A DNA stretch of 64,000 nucleotides, taken from contig NC_043012.1 in assembly GCF_006345805.1 (NCBI RefSeq), positions 50,592,001 through 50,656,000 on the forward strand, in the 5' to 3' direction. Source of the DNA: Octopus sinensis. Its lineage: Eukaryota. Below the pieces are notes generated by a model. That model searched no databases and was not told the DNA's origin. It was given only the letters and a program-made list of their open reading frames with translations. The position numbers and the translations under genes were made by a program. Of the stretch, positions 40,511 to 53,257 are shown piece by piece; the stretch's first letter is position 1; each line of letters opens with the position of its first letter.

Positions 40511-42082
40511 GCCCTATGAATGATATTTCTAAAATTATTAGGCGTCTGCCACATTCCTCTCATAGCATCTTTGTTCTTGGTGTGTCAATTGTCTATTTTG
40601 ATTTGGCATCGAAATAGCGGATAACGAAACAGTCACACACACACACACACACACACACACACCACACACACACACACACACATTAAGAACAATGAAAATA
40701 AGAGTGAAATAAATTAAAAGCCAAAGCACAAACCAATAAAAGGGAACGAAATAAAATTCTCCAAACAAGAACTGGAAAAATACCACCTCCCATCTCTGTC
40801 TAATATCTTATATCGTGTACTATATGAATGTACAAGATATTAGGCTAATTTAAAATTTTAATTAAAAACAGACATTATCTTTTATTAACAACGAAACAAT
40901 AATAGCAATAAGAATTGTAACAACAATAATAATAATAGTAATAATATTGCAGATAAGAATAAAATTAACAATGAAAACAACAATAAGAATAAAGGAAGAC
41001 ATACACACTCGTTGTTTCAAAGTTTAATTCCAGACAATTAAAGTCCATGCTTTTTGTCGATGTTGTTGTTGTTGTGATTTTTGTCTCCGTTCCCGGGAAT
41101 TTAATTTTTCAGAATTTGATGAGAAGAAAATGAAACTAAGCAAATACGCTGACAGAGTCACTGATAATGTCGACCGGTGATATTATTGGCTGTAGTGATG
41201 GTGTTTGAACGTAGTGGAAGCGGGTGATAGTCGCGATAGTGACAAGCATGAGGAGGAGAGGGAGTATAACGTGACTGTTAGAACGTTGATGAGGATGCGG
41301 TGGGGGGAGGAGGAGGAAGAAGGAGATGAGAAGGATAAGGAGGAGAAGGTGGAGGAGGACACGAGAAGAAAGTTGTTGTCAATGACAAATACGAGAGCAA
41401 TTATTAAGATGCGGTGGAAGGATGCTATGATGACAAAGCTATAATGACGACGAAGAGAAAAATGGAAATTCTTTTTTTAAAAAATGGAAGTAGTTATCCA
41501 AGAGTAATGTAGTAAGAGGAAATTCTGTGAGACATGGCCTTGTAAACCAGTTATTTTCCGTTTAATTCTGTTTTTTTTTTATTCTGAAATATTGAGTGGC
41601 TAAATAAATGAGGTCGAATGTGTGTAAGAGAGAGGAAAAGAGACAGAGAATATTACTATATGCTGAGGTATTTGAGAAGAAAAACATATAGGCTGAAAGT
41701 GTGAGAAGGGGTATAAGAAAAAAAGAGATAAAATGGTACCAAAGTGTATGCGTGTGCATGCCTGGTGGTGTAAAAGAACGATGCTGAAAGGGAGGAAGAG
41801 TAACGTTGACTGCTTTGTAATAAGATCGCTAATTGAATTTCACGAACAATATTTTTTCCACAAATTACAATCATGTCATCAAAGGAACAGATAAAAATCA
41901 ATTTTACTTATAAGCAATGTATAAGCATAGAATAAAACGTAGGTGCGTCAAGCGTGGTTACGGCTATAGTTTTATCATTCCCTATTAGAATCATTCTTTC
42001 TTAGAAATTTAGTGTCTCTGTCCTCACTTTCTGTGTTTGTGTGTATGTATGTGTATGTATGTGCGTGTGTGAGTGTGAGACT

Positions 42083-42116
<34 letters not shown>

Positions 42117-42187
42117 GTGAGAGAGAGAGAGAGAGGGACGAGAGAGCGTGAGTGTACGTGTAGTGGGTGCGTGTGTATGTATTTAGG

Positions 42188-42630
42188 CTCGCTGTGTGAT
42201 AAGAAGTTTGCTTCCCAACCCCATTATTCTGTGATCAGTTTCACTGCATTGCACCTTGGGAGAGTGATATTCTACTATTGACTCCGGTGGACCAAAACCT
42301 TTTGAGTGAATTTTCTAGGGGGGAAACTGAAAAGAAGCCCGTAGCTGTTCTGGTGCTGACATCAACGTGTTCTGCTATGTCAGGGAACTTGCAACCAGGA
42401 TTGTGCTTGGTCCTGGACGAGGTGATGTGACACCTTAACTATTCTGGTGAATTGCTCAATCCCTCTAATAATAATTCTATGTGAGTGTGTAAAAGTACGT
42501 GTGTGTATGTGTATCTGTTTGTTTTTGTATTACTGTTTGTCCTCCACTATCGGTGAAGTGATGTGTGTTTACATCCCTGTAACTAGCGGCTAGGGAAAAG
42601 AAAGCGATAGAATATGTAACTGTACTTTAA
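42188..42630 (+). mobile_element. SINE family B interrupted by a Tc1 transposase fragment (42343-42470, minus strand)
   Basis: Head gtgtgataagaagtttgcttcccaacc..ctgaaaagaagcccgt; insert translates HNPGCKFPDIAEHVDVSTRTA, matching 43385-43450; the SINE tail then resumes. Confidence 0.8.
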
Positions 42631-42640
42631 AAAATTATGT

Positions 42641-43140
42641 TCTTACTCGTTCAGAAATTCTACTAATTATCTTCTCGTTAGTCCATAGAATAAACAGTGA
42701 TTCATCGGAGCAGACAGGGCACCTCCTGGAAATTATATTGTATGGTTTCTTATAACTTAGCATGAACCGATCAATGCTGAATTTCGTTTTATCCTCCTTC
42801 AGTTGCCATACAAATAAATACGATAAATGCTCACGCAGAGAAAACATATAGATGTCCTTCGATGAACCTCTGTATGAGTACAAATCTTCTATATAAATGT
42901 ACCGTGCACACAAGGGGAGGGTCCTATGCTTACATCGGGCAGACGGCTGATCCATTTAAGAAAAGTTATCTTCTCGTTAATCCACAAAAGAAACAGGAAT
43001 TCCTCGGAGCAGAGATGGCATCTTCCGGAAATTATATTACATGGTTTCGCATACCTTACTATGGACTGATTAATGCTGTACTTTGTATTATCCTCCTTTC
43101 GTCGTCATACAAAATCGGCTGAAGATGTTGAATGTCTCTT
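42641..43140. mobile_element. Rearranged Penelope-like GIY-YIG endonuclease remnant
   Basis: Plus strand 42860-42965 reads LLYKCTVHTRGGSYAYIGQTADPFK. Minus-strand C-terminal pieces on both sides read LSYLFVWQLKEDKTKFSI..KPYNIISRRCPVCSDE and KRHSTS..KYSINQSIVRYAKPCNIISGRCHLCSEE. Confidence 0.85.
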
Positions 43141-43184
43141 GAATATATATATATGTATATATATCTAGCCAAATTCTTCATTAC

Positions 43185-43680
43185 ATAGTCTCGAGACTCA
43201 CACTCGACCACTGTCAGAAAATACAGCAAATCTGGACTTGTTGCAGAATATGACAGTGTCGCAAAACACTAGTTGCCTCTCCATCATCTCACTGGCCCAA
43301 TCTTTTCCCCGCTTGATATTGGTTGGTCAAAGAAGTGGCTTCCTTGTTGCGGCTCTGCCATAGTAACCAAGTGTGTGGATATACCTGTCAGCTGTTCTAG
43401 TACTGACATCAACGTGTTCTGCTATATCAGAGGACTTGCAACCAGTATTGTGATTTTCTGAAATGTTACGCTGACTATGTCCATCTCCAGAAGCACCCAC
43501 AATACGGCTTCTTTGAAATTGAGAGAGTTCCATGGCTTCTTTTGTACATGGCATGATTAAACAGTCATATATAGAACCTGAAACATAAAAAATGTCAATT
43601 AATAAAAAGTATAAACATCTAAAAGTTAGAATAAACATAAAACGATGTGTAACGGGATATCTATTAACTTCAGTCATGTG
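43185..43680 (-). mobile_element. Tc1-family transposon 5' part (transposase pseudogene)
   Basis: MPCTKE..ELSQFQRSRIVGA..GHSQR..IAEHVDVSTRT..LGYYGRAATRKPLL*..WASEM..VIFCNKSRFAVFSDSGRV: HTH region plus a decayed FSDESRF motif. Confidence 0.88.
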
Positions 43681-43699
43681 CGAGTTTGTGTATATATAT

Positions 43700-43900
43700 G
43701 CATATACATGCCTGTGTATGTTTTGTGTTTACGTTTGTCCAACCATCACCCTTTGACAACTAGTGTTGGTGTGTTTAAGTTATCATAACCTAGCAGCTCA
43801 GCAAACAACGGCGATGTAATAACTATTATGCTTATAAAAAATACAAGTCCTTCAAGTATGCCCGCTGTCTGAAACAAGTATAAGAATAATAGAATAAAAG
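43700..43900 (+). mobile_element. SINE family B 3' part
   Basis: gtttgtccaaccatcaccctttgacaactagtgttggtgtgttt..ctgaaacaagtataagaata. Confidence 0.75.
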
Positions 43901-44020
43901 ATCATGTATATATATATATATATGTATGTATATATGAGCGCGTGCTTATATGTTGTTTCAGTCTGTATGTGTTTATATATGTGTATGTATACAACTATGT
44001 CAATTATTCTATCCATCTCA

Positions 44021-44054
<34 letters not shown>

Positions 44055-44059
44055 ACGGG

Positions 44060-44235
44060 AAGCTTTATGAAAATAGACAAAAGACGAAGGCAGGTGGAAA
44101 ACAAACGAACAATTGTATTAGTATGGCGCTCAGGAAATATAAATAAAACAAGTCTTTAACGTTTCGAGCCTACGCTCTTCAACTGAAAGATACACAGAGA
44201 GAAAAAAAACACAGAAAGAAGGAGAGAAAAAAATG
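44060..44235 (-). mobile_element. Penelope pseudo-LTR-like remnant with minimal hammerhead fold (44153-44190)
   Basis: Minus strand UCUUU CAGUUGA A GAGC-GUAG-GCUC GAA ACGU U AAAGA: stems perfect, core has two substitutions. Confidence 0.6.
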
Positions 44236-44361
44236 CGTATATATATATATATATATTATATATATATATATATAATATAATATCATTAGGGAGTATATCT
44301 CCAAACTTACAGGGAAAAATTCAAGTTAGTATTAAAGCAAATTTCACAATATAAATATATA

Positions 44362-44549
44362 ATATATATAAATTAGAGAAAAACCACTATTATGTAATTC
44401 AAACAATGCTAGACATAAACCATATCATATAGAAAAAATAAAATATATTATAAAACATAACTAGTTTTATAATATATTTTATTTTTTTCATGATTTGTTT
44501 ATTCTTGTTTGAATTACATAATAGTGGTTTTTCTCTAATTTATATATAT
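44362..44549. repeat. AT-rich palindrome with perfect 45-bp outer and 24-bp inner arms
   Basis: atatatataaattagagaaaaaccactattatgtaattcaaacaa has its exact reverse complement at 44505-44549. Inner aaaaaataaaatatattataaaac/gttttataatatattttatttttt closes a 7-nt loop. Confidence 0.92.
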
Positions 44550-44845
44550 CAATATATATATATATATATATATATACATGTTATAATTATATACATAATT
44601 ATAACAAGGAATTGCCTATATGCCGCACCACGCGCTGTAAAAATAGACGGCAAAAGACCCTGATACGACCTTCAAATCTCCGAGAATAACACACTACCTT
44701 TTAGGTTAGCAAATGAAAGAAAATGAATCAAAAACTTTAGTTAACTGCATAAAAGTTCCTGTTTCAAGCTTCAAGGAAATTGATATTATCTATTGCTATC
44801 GTCAGCGGATTATTTTGCTCAAGTCGTCTTCCAACAAGTAGCTGT

Positions 44846-44962
44846 TATCATCATCATCATCATCTACGTCGTCATCATCATCATCATCATTGTCATCATT
44901 ATCATCACTATCGTCGTCATCATCCTCATCATCATAATCATCATCATCATCATCATCATCAT

Positions 44963-45003
<41 letters not shown>

Positions 45004-45015
45004 TCATTTTTATTA

Positions 45016-45060
<45 letters not shown>
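44846..45060. repeat. Compound (CAT)n(TAC)n(TAT)n tract
   Basis: Direct reading. Confidence 0.97.
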
Positions 45061-45061
<1 letters not shown>

Positions 45062-45364
45062 GCAAACGATATTCGACATATCGGAACTCCGAAAATATAT
45101 TACAACACATATGTTCCATATTCATTCGAATTAAATTGAAGATATTTTTTCCGGACTAATACCTTTTTCTTTCTAATTATTAATAATATATCTGTAATCG
45201 AAATAACGTTCTGATATATTATGATATGATGTGAATTCCAAAACCCTTAGTGTCTAATATGTATTACGCTACTTATAAGCACATTGTTGGAATAGTACGA
45301 ACAGCACGGCTTTATAGATATTGGGTTTTTAGGTTTGAAATTAACCCTGCACTAAAATAAATAG

Positions 45365-45685
45365 CTAGGCTCAGGAGTGGCTGTGTAGTAAGTAGTTTGC
45401 TTACCAACCACATGGTGCCTGGTTTATTCCCAGTGCGTGGCAACTTACGCAAGTGTCTTCTACTGTAGTCTCGGACCGACCAAAATCTTGTGGGTGGATT
45501 TGGTTGACAGAAACTGAAAGAAGCCTGTCGTATATATTATGTATATATATAGTACTAGGGTTATGTATATATTAAGTACTAGGGTTACAAAGGATAGGTC
45601 CTGGGGTCGATTTGCTCGACTAAAGGAGGTGCTCCAGCATGGCCGCAGTCAAATGACTGAAACAAGTAAGAGAGTAAAAGAGAGT
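45365..45685 (+). mobile_element. SINE family B, full length
   Basis: ggctcaggagtggctgtgtagtaag..aaccacatgg..gcaagtgtcttctactgtagtctcggaccgacc..gtcctggggtcgatttgctcgactaaaggaggtgctccagcatggccgcagtcaaatgactgaaacaagtaa. Confidence 0.92.
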
Positions 45686-46835
45686 AACTACTGGATTTCT
45701 CATCCTGTTCACGTGTAGTTGATCCATAAACTACACCAACATGTTTCACTTAACCAAGCTTAATAAAGGTAAATACGTATGGTTTCACTAACTATTATTA
45801 ACACCTTGGCGATGAAATCATCCTAAACACCGAAATATTTTATGAGTGCTCATTATTACAGTGATGTTGTTATACACACCTTCATATCCTTACTTTGTTC
45901 GTTATATTCTACTGATAGCAGCACCGGAGACAGCATATATTGCAAATTAAAATGTATCTGAATATGTCAAGTAAATTGTGCACATGACCTGCGTAATATT
46001 TCTTAATGAAATTTCGTTATCGAATTGTTTTTTAGAAAAGCAAAGTTTGCAACCATTGTCCTCGTGCAGTGGTGAACGTAGCTGTAGAAATTTAAATCAA
46101 CATTTCCTTTGTTGTCAAGCACATCTCTTCATGGACTTAGCTCTACGCATTTTTGCTGAGTACCATCTTCTGTAGTAAAATATACAAGGTATCAAAGTTA
46201 TTAAGGAGATATTCACCAACTTATAGTATTGTGTTTGTTCAATCAAAATACATCATGTAGCTTGATAAAAGACAATATTAACCGGGTTGACAACCTTAGA
46301 AATATTGAATTAGGATGAAGCCAAATTAAGAGGTCAGTTAATGACAACGTAAGTTGCTAAGGAGCGTTCATAAAATTGCCGATATACTCCAGTGTTCGAT
46401 TGTGCCTCTGACACTTTTTACATAAATGTCAAAATTCCTTCAAAGTAAAATCCCATTCATACTGGAATCAACTATATTCCACTCATATAATCGTGTGTAG
46501 TACAGCATATAATTTGCAAACACTCTCTCACGGAAACATGCTGGACTCCTTGAAAAACCGCAAAATAATGATGATACAAATGCATTAGATAAATATATAC
46601 AGTAAAATATTCCGTCAATTAATCTAGATCTGAGATCTACACAGTTTCAGTCTATTCCAATACACATACATTCATACCTACCGACGTATATACATATACA
46701 CCTAAACCAACATATAGTGTATATATATATACAAACACAAAATACCCACACTACACACACACACACACACCACACACATATATATCACATATACTACACA
46801 CACACATATATATATATATATATTATAATATATAT

Positions 46836-46869
<34 letters not shown>

Positions 46870-47104
46870 CATATATATTCATTATATTATATATATATAT
46901 ATAAATACAACACACACATGCGTATTTATGTCAAAGCTTAATGTCTTTTCCCAAACTTAATGTCCACTCAATGCTAGAGATTACTTTTTCGATAATCTCT
47001 CACTGACATTAGCAAAGCTCGAGTAAATTTCGACCGTAAGTGTATCAGCAATGAATTCACAATCTCAAAATAAACTAGACCTCCTGAAAAATGTTCATTC
47101 AATT

Positions 47105-47500
47105 CTTTGTGAGAACGTGTGTATCAACAAGGCTTAATCATCCGCAAACAAAATGTTTTTGCTTTTTCTACTCTTCAACACATACTATCCTACTCCCAGG
47201 ATATAATGATCTGTGATTAATTCTCCACGTCAAACACTATCTGTTCGGTTTGGTTTCTATACTGAGTCCAACTCTCAATACTATATTGATTTAGTTTTAA
47301 AGTATATATTTCAGAAAGGACGCATATCCGCCAAACTTCACAATTATCCCTCTGTCTTTCTCTCCATTTACAGCTCCTTTGTATGAGACACATCGCCGAT
47401 TTTGGACGTAATACATACCACAGTTATTTCTTATACCATGATATAAATGTGATTCGCTTCGCCATCATACGTACATGCTGCAAAATAACCGACCAAATTT
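47105..47500 (-). mobile_element. Highly decayed non-LTR reverse transcriptase fragment (RTE-like)
   Basis: Minus strand NILFADD*ALL (~47130-47165), with an upstream GIRNNCG that resembles GVRQGC. Confidence 0.45.
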
Positions 47501-47653
47501 AAAGATTAACCAGCTCAACTAATCGTTTGAAATTGCTAATATGCATAACTACACACTTGCATACATATTCACACACACACACGCACACACACACACAAAC
47601 ACACACACACACGCACACACACACATACACACGCACACACACACACACAACAC

Positions 47654-47732
<79 letters not shown>

Positions 47733-47767
47733 TGTGTTTGTGTAGTTATACATACACATACACACAT

Positions 47768-48459
47768 ATACCTTAAAGTAAATTACGTTAACTCATACTC
47801 AAAATTCATTCCCACCGCATTGTACGAAAATACATTCATATACGTGCAGGCATCTCGAGATTTATCCAGAAATTCTAATCATTATCTTCTCGTTAGTCCA
47901 CAGAATTAACAAGGATTCCTGGGAACAGAGATGGCATCTTCTGGAAATTATATTACATGGTTTCACATTCCTTACTATGGACTAATTAATGCTGTACTTT
48001 GTATTATCCTCCTTTAGTCGTCATATAGATCTGCCGAAGATGTTGAATGTCTCTTATTAATTGTCTTAAAGCTGGCAACATTGTTAAGATAACGATTCTT
48101 AAATGAATCAGCCGTCTGCCCAATGTAAACATAGGGCACTCCCCTTGTGTGTACGGTACATTTATATACAAGATTTGTACTCATACAGTGATTCATCGAA
48201 GGGCATTTTGATTTTTTCTTTGCATGAGCATTTATCGTATTTATTTGTATGGCGACTGAAGAAGGATAAAACGAAATTCAGCATTGATCGGTCCATTGCA
48301 TGTTATAAGAAACTATACAATATAATTTCCATGAGGTGTCGTCTCTGCTCCGAGGAATCCTTGTTTATTCTGTTGAATAACGAGAAGATAATTAGTAGAA
48401 TTTCTGAACGAGTGAGAATGAATTTTGAGTAACCGTTAACTGAATTTACTTTAAGGTAT
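47768..48459. mobile_element. Penelope-like GIY-YIG remnant in an inverted (palindromic) arrangement
   Basis: Minus strand 47830-48205 reads KCPSMNHCMSTNLVYKCTVHTRGVPYVYIGQTADSFKNRYLNN..KRHSTS..KPCNIISRRCHLCSQE..ISRCLH. Plus strand 48225-48459 is an inverted second copy of the C-terminus and 3' end. Confidence 0.9.
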
Positions 48460-48826
48460 GGATGGCTTACGTTTTCTTTTAACCTCCCCATTCTTGCAAA
48501 CACCAAGTAGATAACTAGCTTGCTTTGTCATCATGAGGGCACCAAACTTATCGTGAGAGTATCCTCACATTTTTGCAGATGCTTGTATGAGCAAGTGTAC
48601 TCGCGCCATACAGCTTGCCCGAGGGCGGTTATACATCCATATCTGTTAAGGGTTATTTTAAATACCTTTCTCGCTGGATTACGTATTCCATTCTCTTTTT
48701 GCCATTTTTGATTTTATTTTTGATCTTCTATATAAATGAAGTCCCCCCCCCCGTCTTCCTGTTTTTCTCTCTACAAAACGGGAAGTTACATTGCGGAACA
48801 GTCATTTTTGCGAGACGTATTTATTT

Positions 48827-48932
48827 ATCACCCGACGAGTTACATCTGCACCACGGGATGTTCCTGAACCAGTTGTTGAGTATCCCACCCGAGAGGAATC
48901 GATGCTAGATATGTCGAAACAATTGTCGTGAT
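48827..48932 (+). ncRNA. Hammerhead-like fold with extended stem II, downstream of the Penelope remnant
   Basis: AUCAC CCGACGA G-UU-ACAU [~65 nt including a gggat/atccc hairpin] AUGU-C GAA ACAAUUGU C GUGAU: 5-bp stem I, palindromic stem III, GUC triplet, U4C variant. Confidence 0.5.
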
Positions 48933-49095
48933 TACTTCTCGTATATTCCGTATTTTGTCTTTCATTTGCTATATACCTGACTATTACTATGAAAGTGACC
49001 GTACTTTACTAGTAAGCAACCAGGTGTAAAGCATTTGTTTTATTATCCATTATAAACACACACTCACACACATACACACACACAAACAGTCGCAT

Positions 49096-49127
<32 letters not shown>

Positions 49128-49136
49128 TTATATATA

Positions 49137-49529
49137 ACTAGCAGTATCGCTGGCGTTGCTCGGGTTTGTAAGGGAATAACTATAAAGCATTTTTAGAAGA
49201 TGTAAAGTATAATAGCCTCTCAATATGGCTAACCACAAAGGGGGAGGGGTGTTACTGTAGCTTATTACGTTCTGAGATTAATAATAAATTTTAGAGTTAG
49301 TACTACTTCCCTTATATATGTCAAAATGGATTAAAAATGGGAAAAATTGATGGTAATTTTTTTTTTAAATCGTAGACTCATCGTAGATGCACGCTAATAC
49401 CCAGACGGTCTCGATATAAATCACGACTATAAGATACCCGGTTTTGGTTAACTGCACCGCAAAATGTGGGAGTAGTTAGGAATCTAAATCGTAGGAGACA
49501 CACACAACCTCACTTTTATATATAAAGAT
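49137..49529 (+). mobile_element. Non-autonomous Helentron/DINE-1-like element
   Basis: 5' actagcagtatcgctggcgttgctcggg (ACTAG plus subterminal hairpin) and 3' cacacaacctcacttttatatataaagat, inserted in a T/A-rich site. Confidence 0.6.
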
Positions 49530-49578
49530 TTCCTCTATTTACATAATTTTGAGGTCTCTTTCTTTCTTTTGTTATCTT

Positions 49579-49678
49579 NNNNNNNNNNNNNNNNNNNNNN
49601 NNNNNNNNNNNNNNNNNNNNNNNNNNNNNNNNNNNNNNNNNNNNNNNNNNNNNNNNNNNNNNNNNNNNNNNNNNNNNN
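49579..49678. other. Assembly gap (100 N)
   Basis: Direct reading. Confidence 1.
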
Positions 49679-51703
49679 AGTCACTGATCCTGCTTAGGAG
49701 ATCTTCTGTGCTGTCACACACATCAGGTGACATCCTGATTATAGGGCGTATGATCATTGAGAGGAAGTAGGAGATTCTGTAATTCGTGTGGAGAGACATG
49801 TCCGCTCTCTACAGCTTGCACTAGGCGGTTTCACAACAAAAGTTTTATATAAATTTTTGTTAATATTTAATCAGACGTTTCTTACTGTGTCGAGATATTT
49901 GTTCCATGGAATGAATGTTTTGTGACATTTTATTATTTCTACGTGTATTCGTAGCATAGGCGTCAATGTTATGTAGTTAACGTGTGCTATGCTTTTATAA
50001 GATTCTTGCGATTCTTTAATCTGCTGTTACTTTTTTTATGACCATCTTGTTAATTTCTGATTTTTGGTGTATGCATGTGTGTTTTCTTTTTTTTTTTTGG
50101 TGGGGGGGGGGCGTGTAAAAGTTGGACTAATAAAATCAACAAAAGCAACACCCTATAAATAGAGGAAAACGAGTTACAATCTCAATGGAGGTTCAACAAG
50201 TTATGCTTTACTGATGAACAACAACCGCAAAAACAAAAACAAAAAAAACTGAATAAAAAGGAGGATAGCGATGATGAGGAGGCTGTCGTTGGCGACAGGG
50301 ATGCTGATTTCACTATTACGTAAAAGGGCTCAAATAAGTCAAAGTATTTAGAATGTCAGCAGGAAAAATTTTGGCATTCACGTATTGAAGTGATAATAAG
50401 AACATATAACAGCAGAATTATAACAATGTCATCCAACAGAAATGATTGCTGCTTAGAGCCAATTAAAGAATTTAACAGAATCAGATTGATCTGAACGACC
50501 AAGAATCTTATCTCACGCTGCGTTTCCCAACATCTAGATCCATGCTGAAATTAGACTCATTTACATGTGCATATGTACTAGTCTTAATCACCTTTCTAAG
50601 AAATTAAGAGGCCAACAACTACCTTTCCACCCACAATTTTTTCTCTAAATTACATTTTTAAACATTGATGGAAGCTTATGGGAAATAAAAAGTTTCTTGT
50701 TCACCCAAATTAAGTTTTCAACGTAACCACTAGACAGAAGAAATATGTTTTCTATTCTTGATTGAAGTAAGCCAATGTGTCAATTTACACGATGGATTGA
50801 ACTGAAAGCGCAACTACCCTCGGTTGGATCAGAAATGTGAATAAAATGAGCAAGGACAAATACGGCAAGGAATTTTACCGATCCTTTAACGTTTCTTCAA
50901 ATTCATTGTATAATAAACTCTTTCTAATTTAATTATAACGCCTCAGCGTTGAAATAAAAATTAAGTGGAAATATTGACATCTATATCTCAATGGTACGTT
51001 ATTTTATTGACTGCGAAGTAAGAAAGGGCTAGCATAACATTGGTGCGATTTCAAATCATTACGAAAGGATATATACTCAATGGTGCATGGCGTTTTCCCA
51101 ATTTTGCCGAGCAACGGCCCAACAACAATTTCTTCCTTTGTGCATGGCATCCCAATTTAGGCGATGTTTGAATCCATTAAATCGATTATAACCGAGATTG
51201 GCTGTGTGCTTTACTTTATCGATTTAGGCGAGATGAACTGCAACGTCGTTATCGGCAGGATTTGAATTCGGGACGTAAAAGACTGGAAGAAATGTATTGA
51301 CGTGTCTGATGATAAGTGAGCGTGCGTATGTCTGTTTGTGTGTTTGTAAGTGTCCCTTTGTGAGTGAATCCGACTGTATGTGTACGCAAGTGCTTCTTTT
51401 TTCGCAAGCGGTTTACATGAATGTATATACCAAAAATGAACTTACTTCTACTCTAAAATGTAAGTCAAATGTCGATACATAAAGGTTTTGCTCTATATAC
51501 TTATCTCACTAAATATACTGCTACTTCAATGTGCACCAACACGCAAAGGAACATACATGATCTCTCTTTCTCACACACATGTATATATGTATGTATATAT
51601 GTATATATATATATATAACATATATATATATATATATGTATATATAAGCATGTATAAATATATACATATTATAAATATATGTATATATATGTATATCTAT
51701 TAC

Positions 51704-51736
<33 letters not shown>

Positions 51737-51737
51737 G

Positions 51738-51782
<45 letters not shown>

Positions 51783-52593
51783 ATGTATATATATATACAC
51801 ATACATACATATATATATACACACATATACATATAGGTTTGTAGTTTGTATGTACACATGTATATGTTTGTGTTTGCAGATGTGTTAGTTTTGTTTGTGT
51901 TTGTGTGTGTAGTCGTGTGCGAGTGTCTGTCTAGTTGTAAGTTAGTAAGGAGATTAAGCTAAGTTCAGTTCAGCAAGAATTATATAGATATATAGAAAAA
52001 CTATCGGACATATCACAGTTCTCGTAATTCTATACAAATCAACCGACGACAGATGGAATGTTATTTTCTATGCAATAATATATCGGTTATTTTTATGATG
52101 TCTTAGTCTGGAAGCTTTCATAAAATGGACATAAACTACGCCACCATTCTTCAAAACTAACGGCTTGATATTCGTTAGCGTTTTCGTCATGCTTCAGTGA
52201 GTATAGCGGCAGTAGACGATAATAGTGACTAGCAATGAGGATGACGTTGCTTATTATCTGATTATATAGCCTTCTACTGGCTTTCATTCATTCTTAATAA
52301 TATTTGCTTAACATTTTATGTTTGGCTACTTTGTGTATGTACATGTATATATTTGTAAGCATGCATGTTTCTATGTGGATGTGTTTGTGTGTGAGTGCGT
52401 GTGAATGTGAACACATATATAGATATTTGTATATGGTATAATGTATATGTATATATATATATATATGTATATATATATAATATATATATATGTGTGTGTG
52501 TGTATGTATATATATATGTATATGTATATATATGTATATATGTATATGTATATATACATGTTAATGCATATATATAGATGTATATGGTATGGG

Positions 52594-52650
<57 letters not shown>

Positions 52651-53025
52651 AATATATATATATATAATATATATATATATGTAAAGTTACATACATACAC
52701 ATGCATATATATATATATACGCATGTACATAGATATATACACATATACATACATACGTACAAACATACACACACACATATATATATATATATACATATGC
52801 ATATACCTACGCATACAGACACACGCACATACACACACATCACGCACACATAGACACCCACACACACATACACATACATAGATAAATACATAAACGGTAT
52901 TTATAAACATCTATATATATATGTGTGTGTGTCTATTCGCTATGAAACATTACTTACATACATACTAAATATATAAATATAATATAATATATATATATAA
53001 TGTGCATATATGTACACATATAAAG

Positions 53026-53091
<66 letters not shown>

Positions 53092-53218
53092 CATTTGTAC
53101 ATGCATTTATGCATTTGTGTATGTATGTACATACATATATATATTATAAATATGTTTACATATATACATATACATTTACATATATATATTATATATATAT
53201 ATATATATAAGTACATAC

Positions 53219-53257
<39 letters not shown>

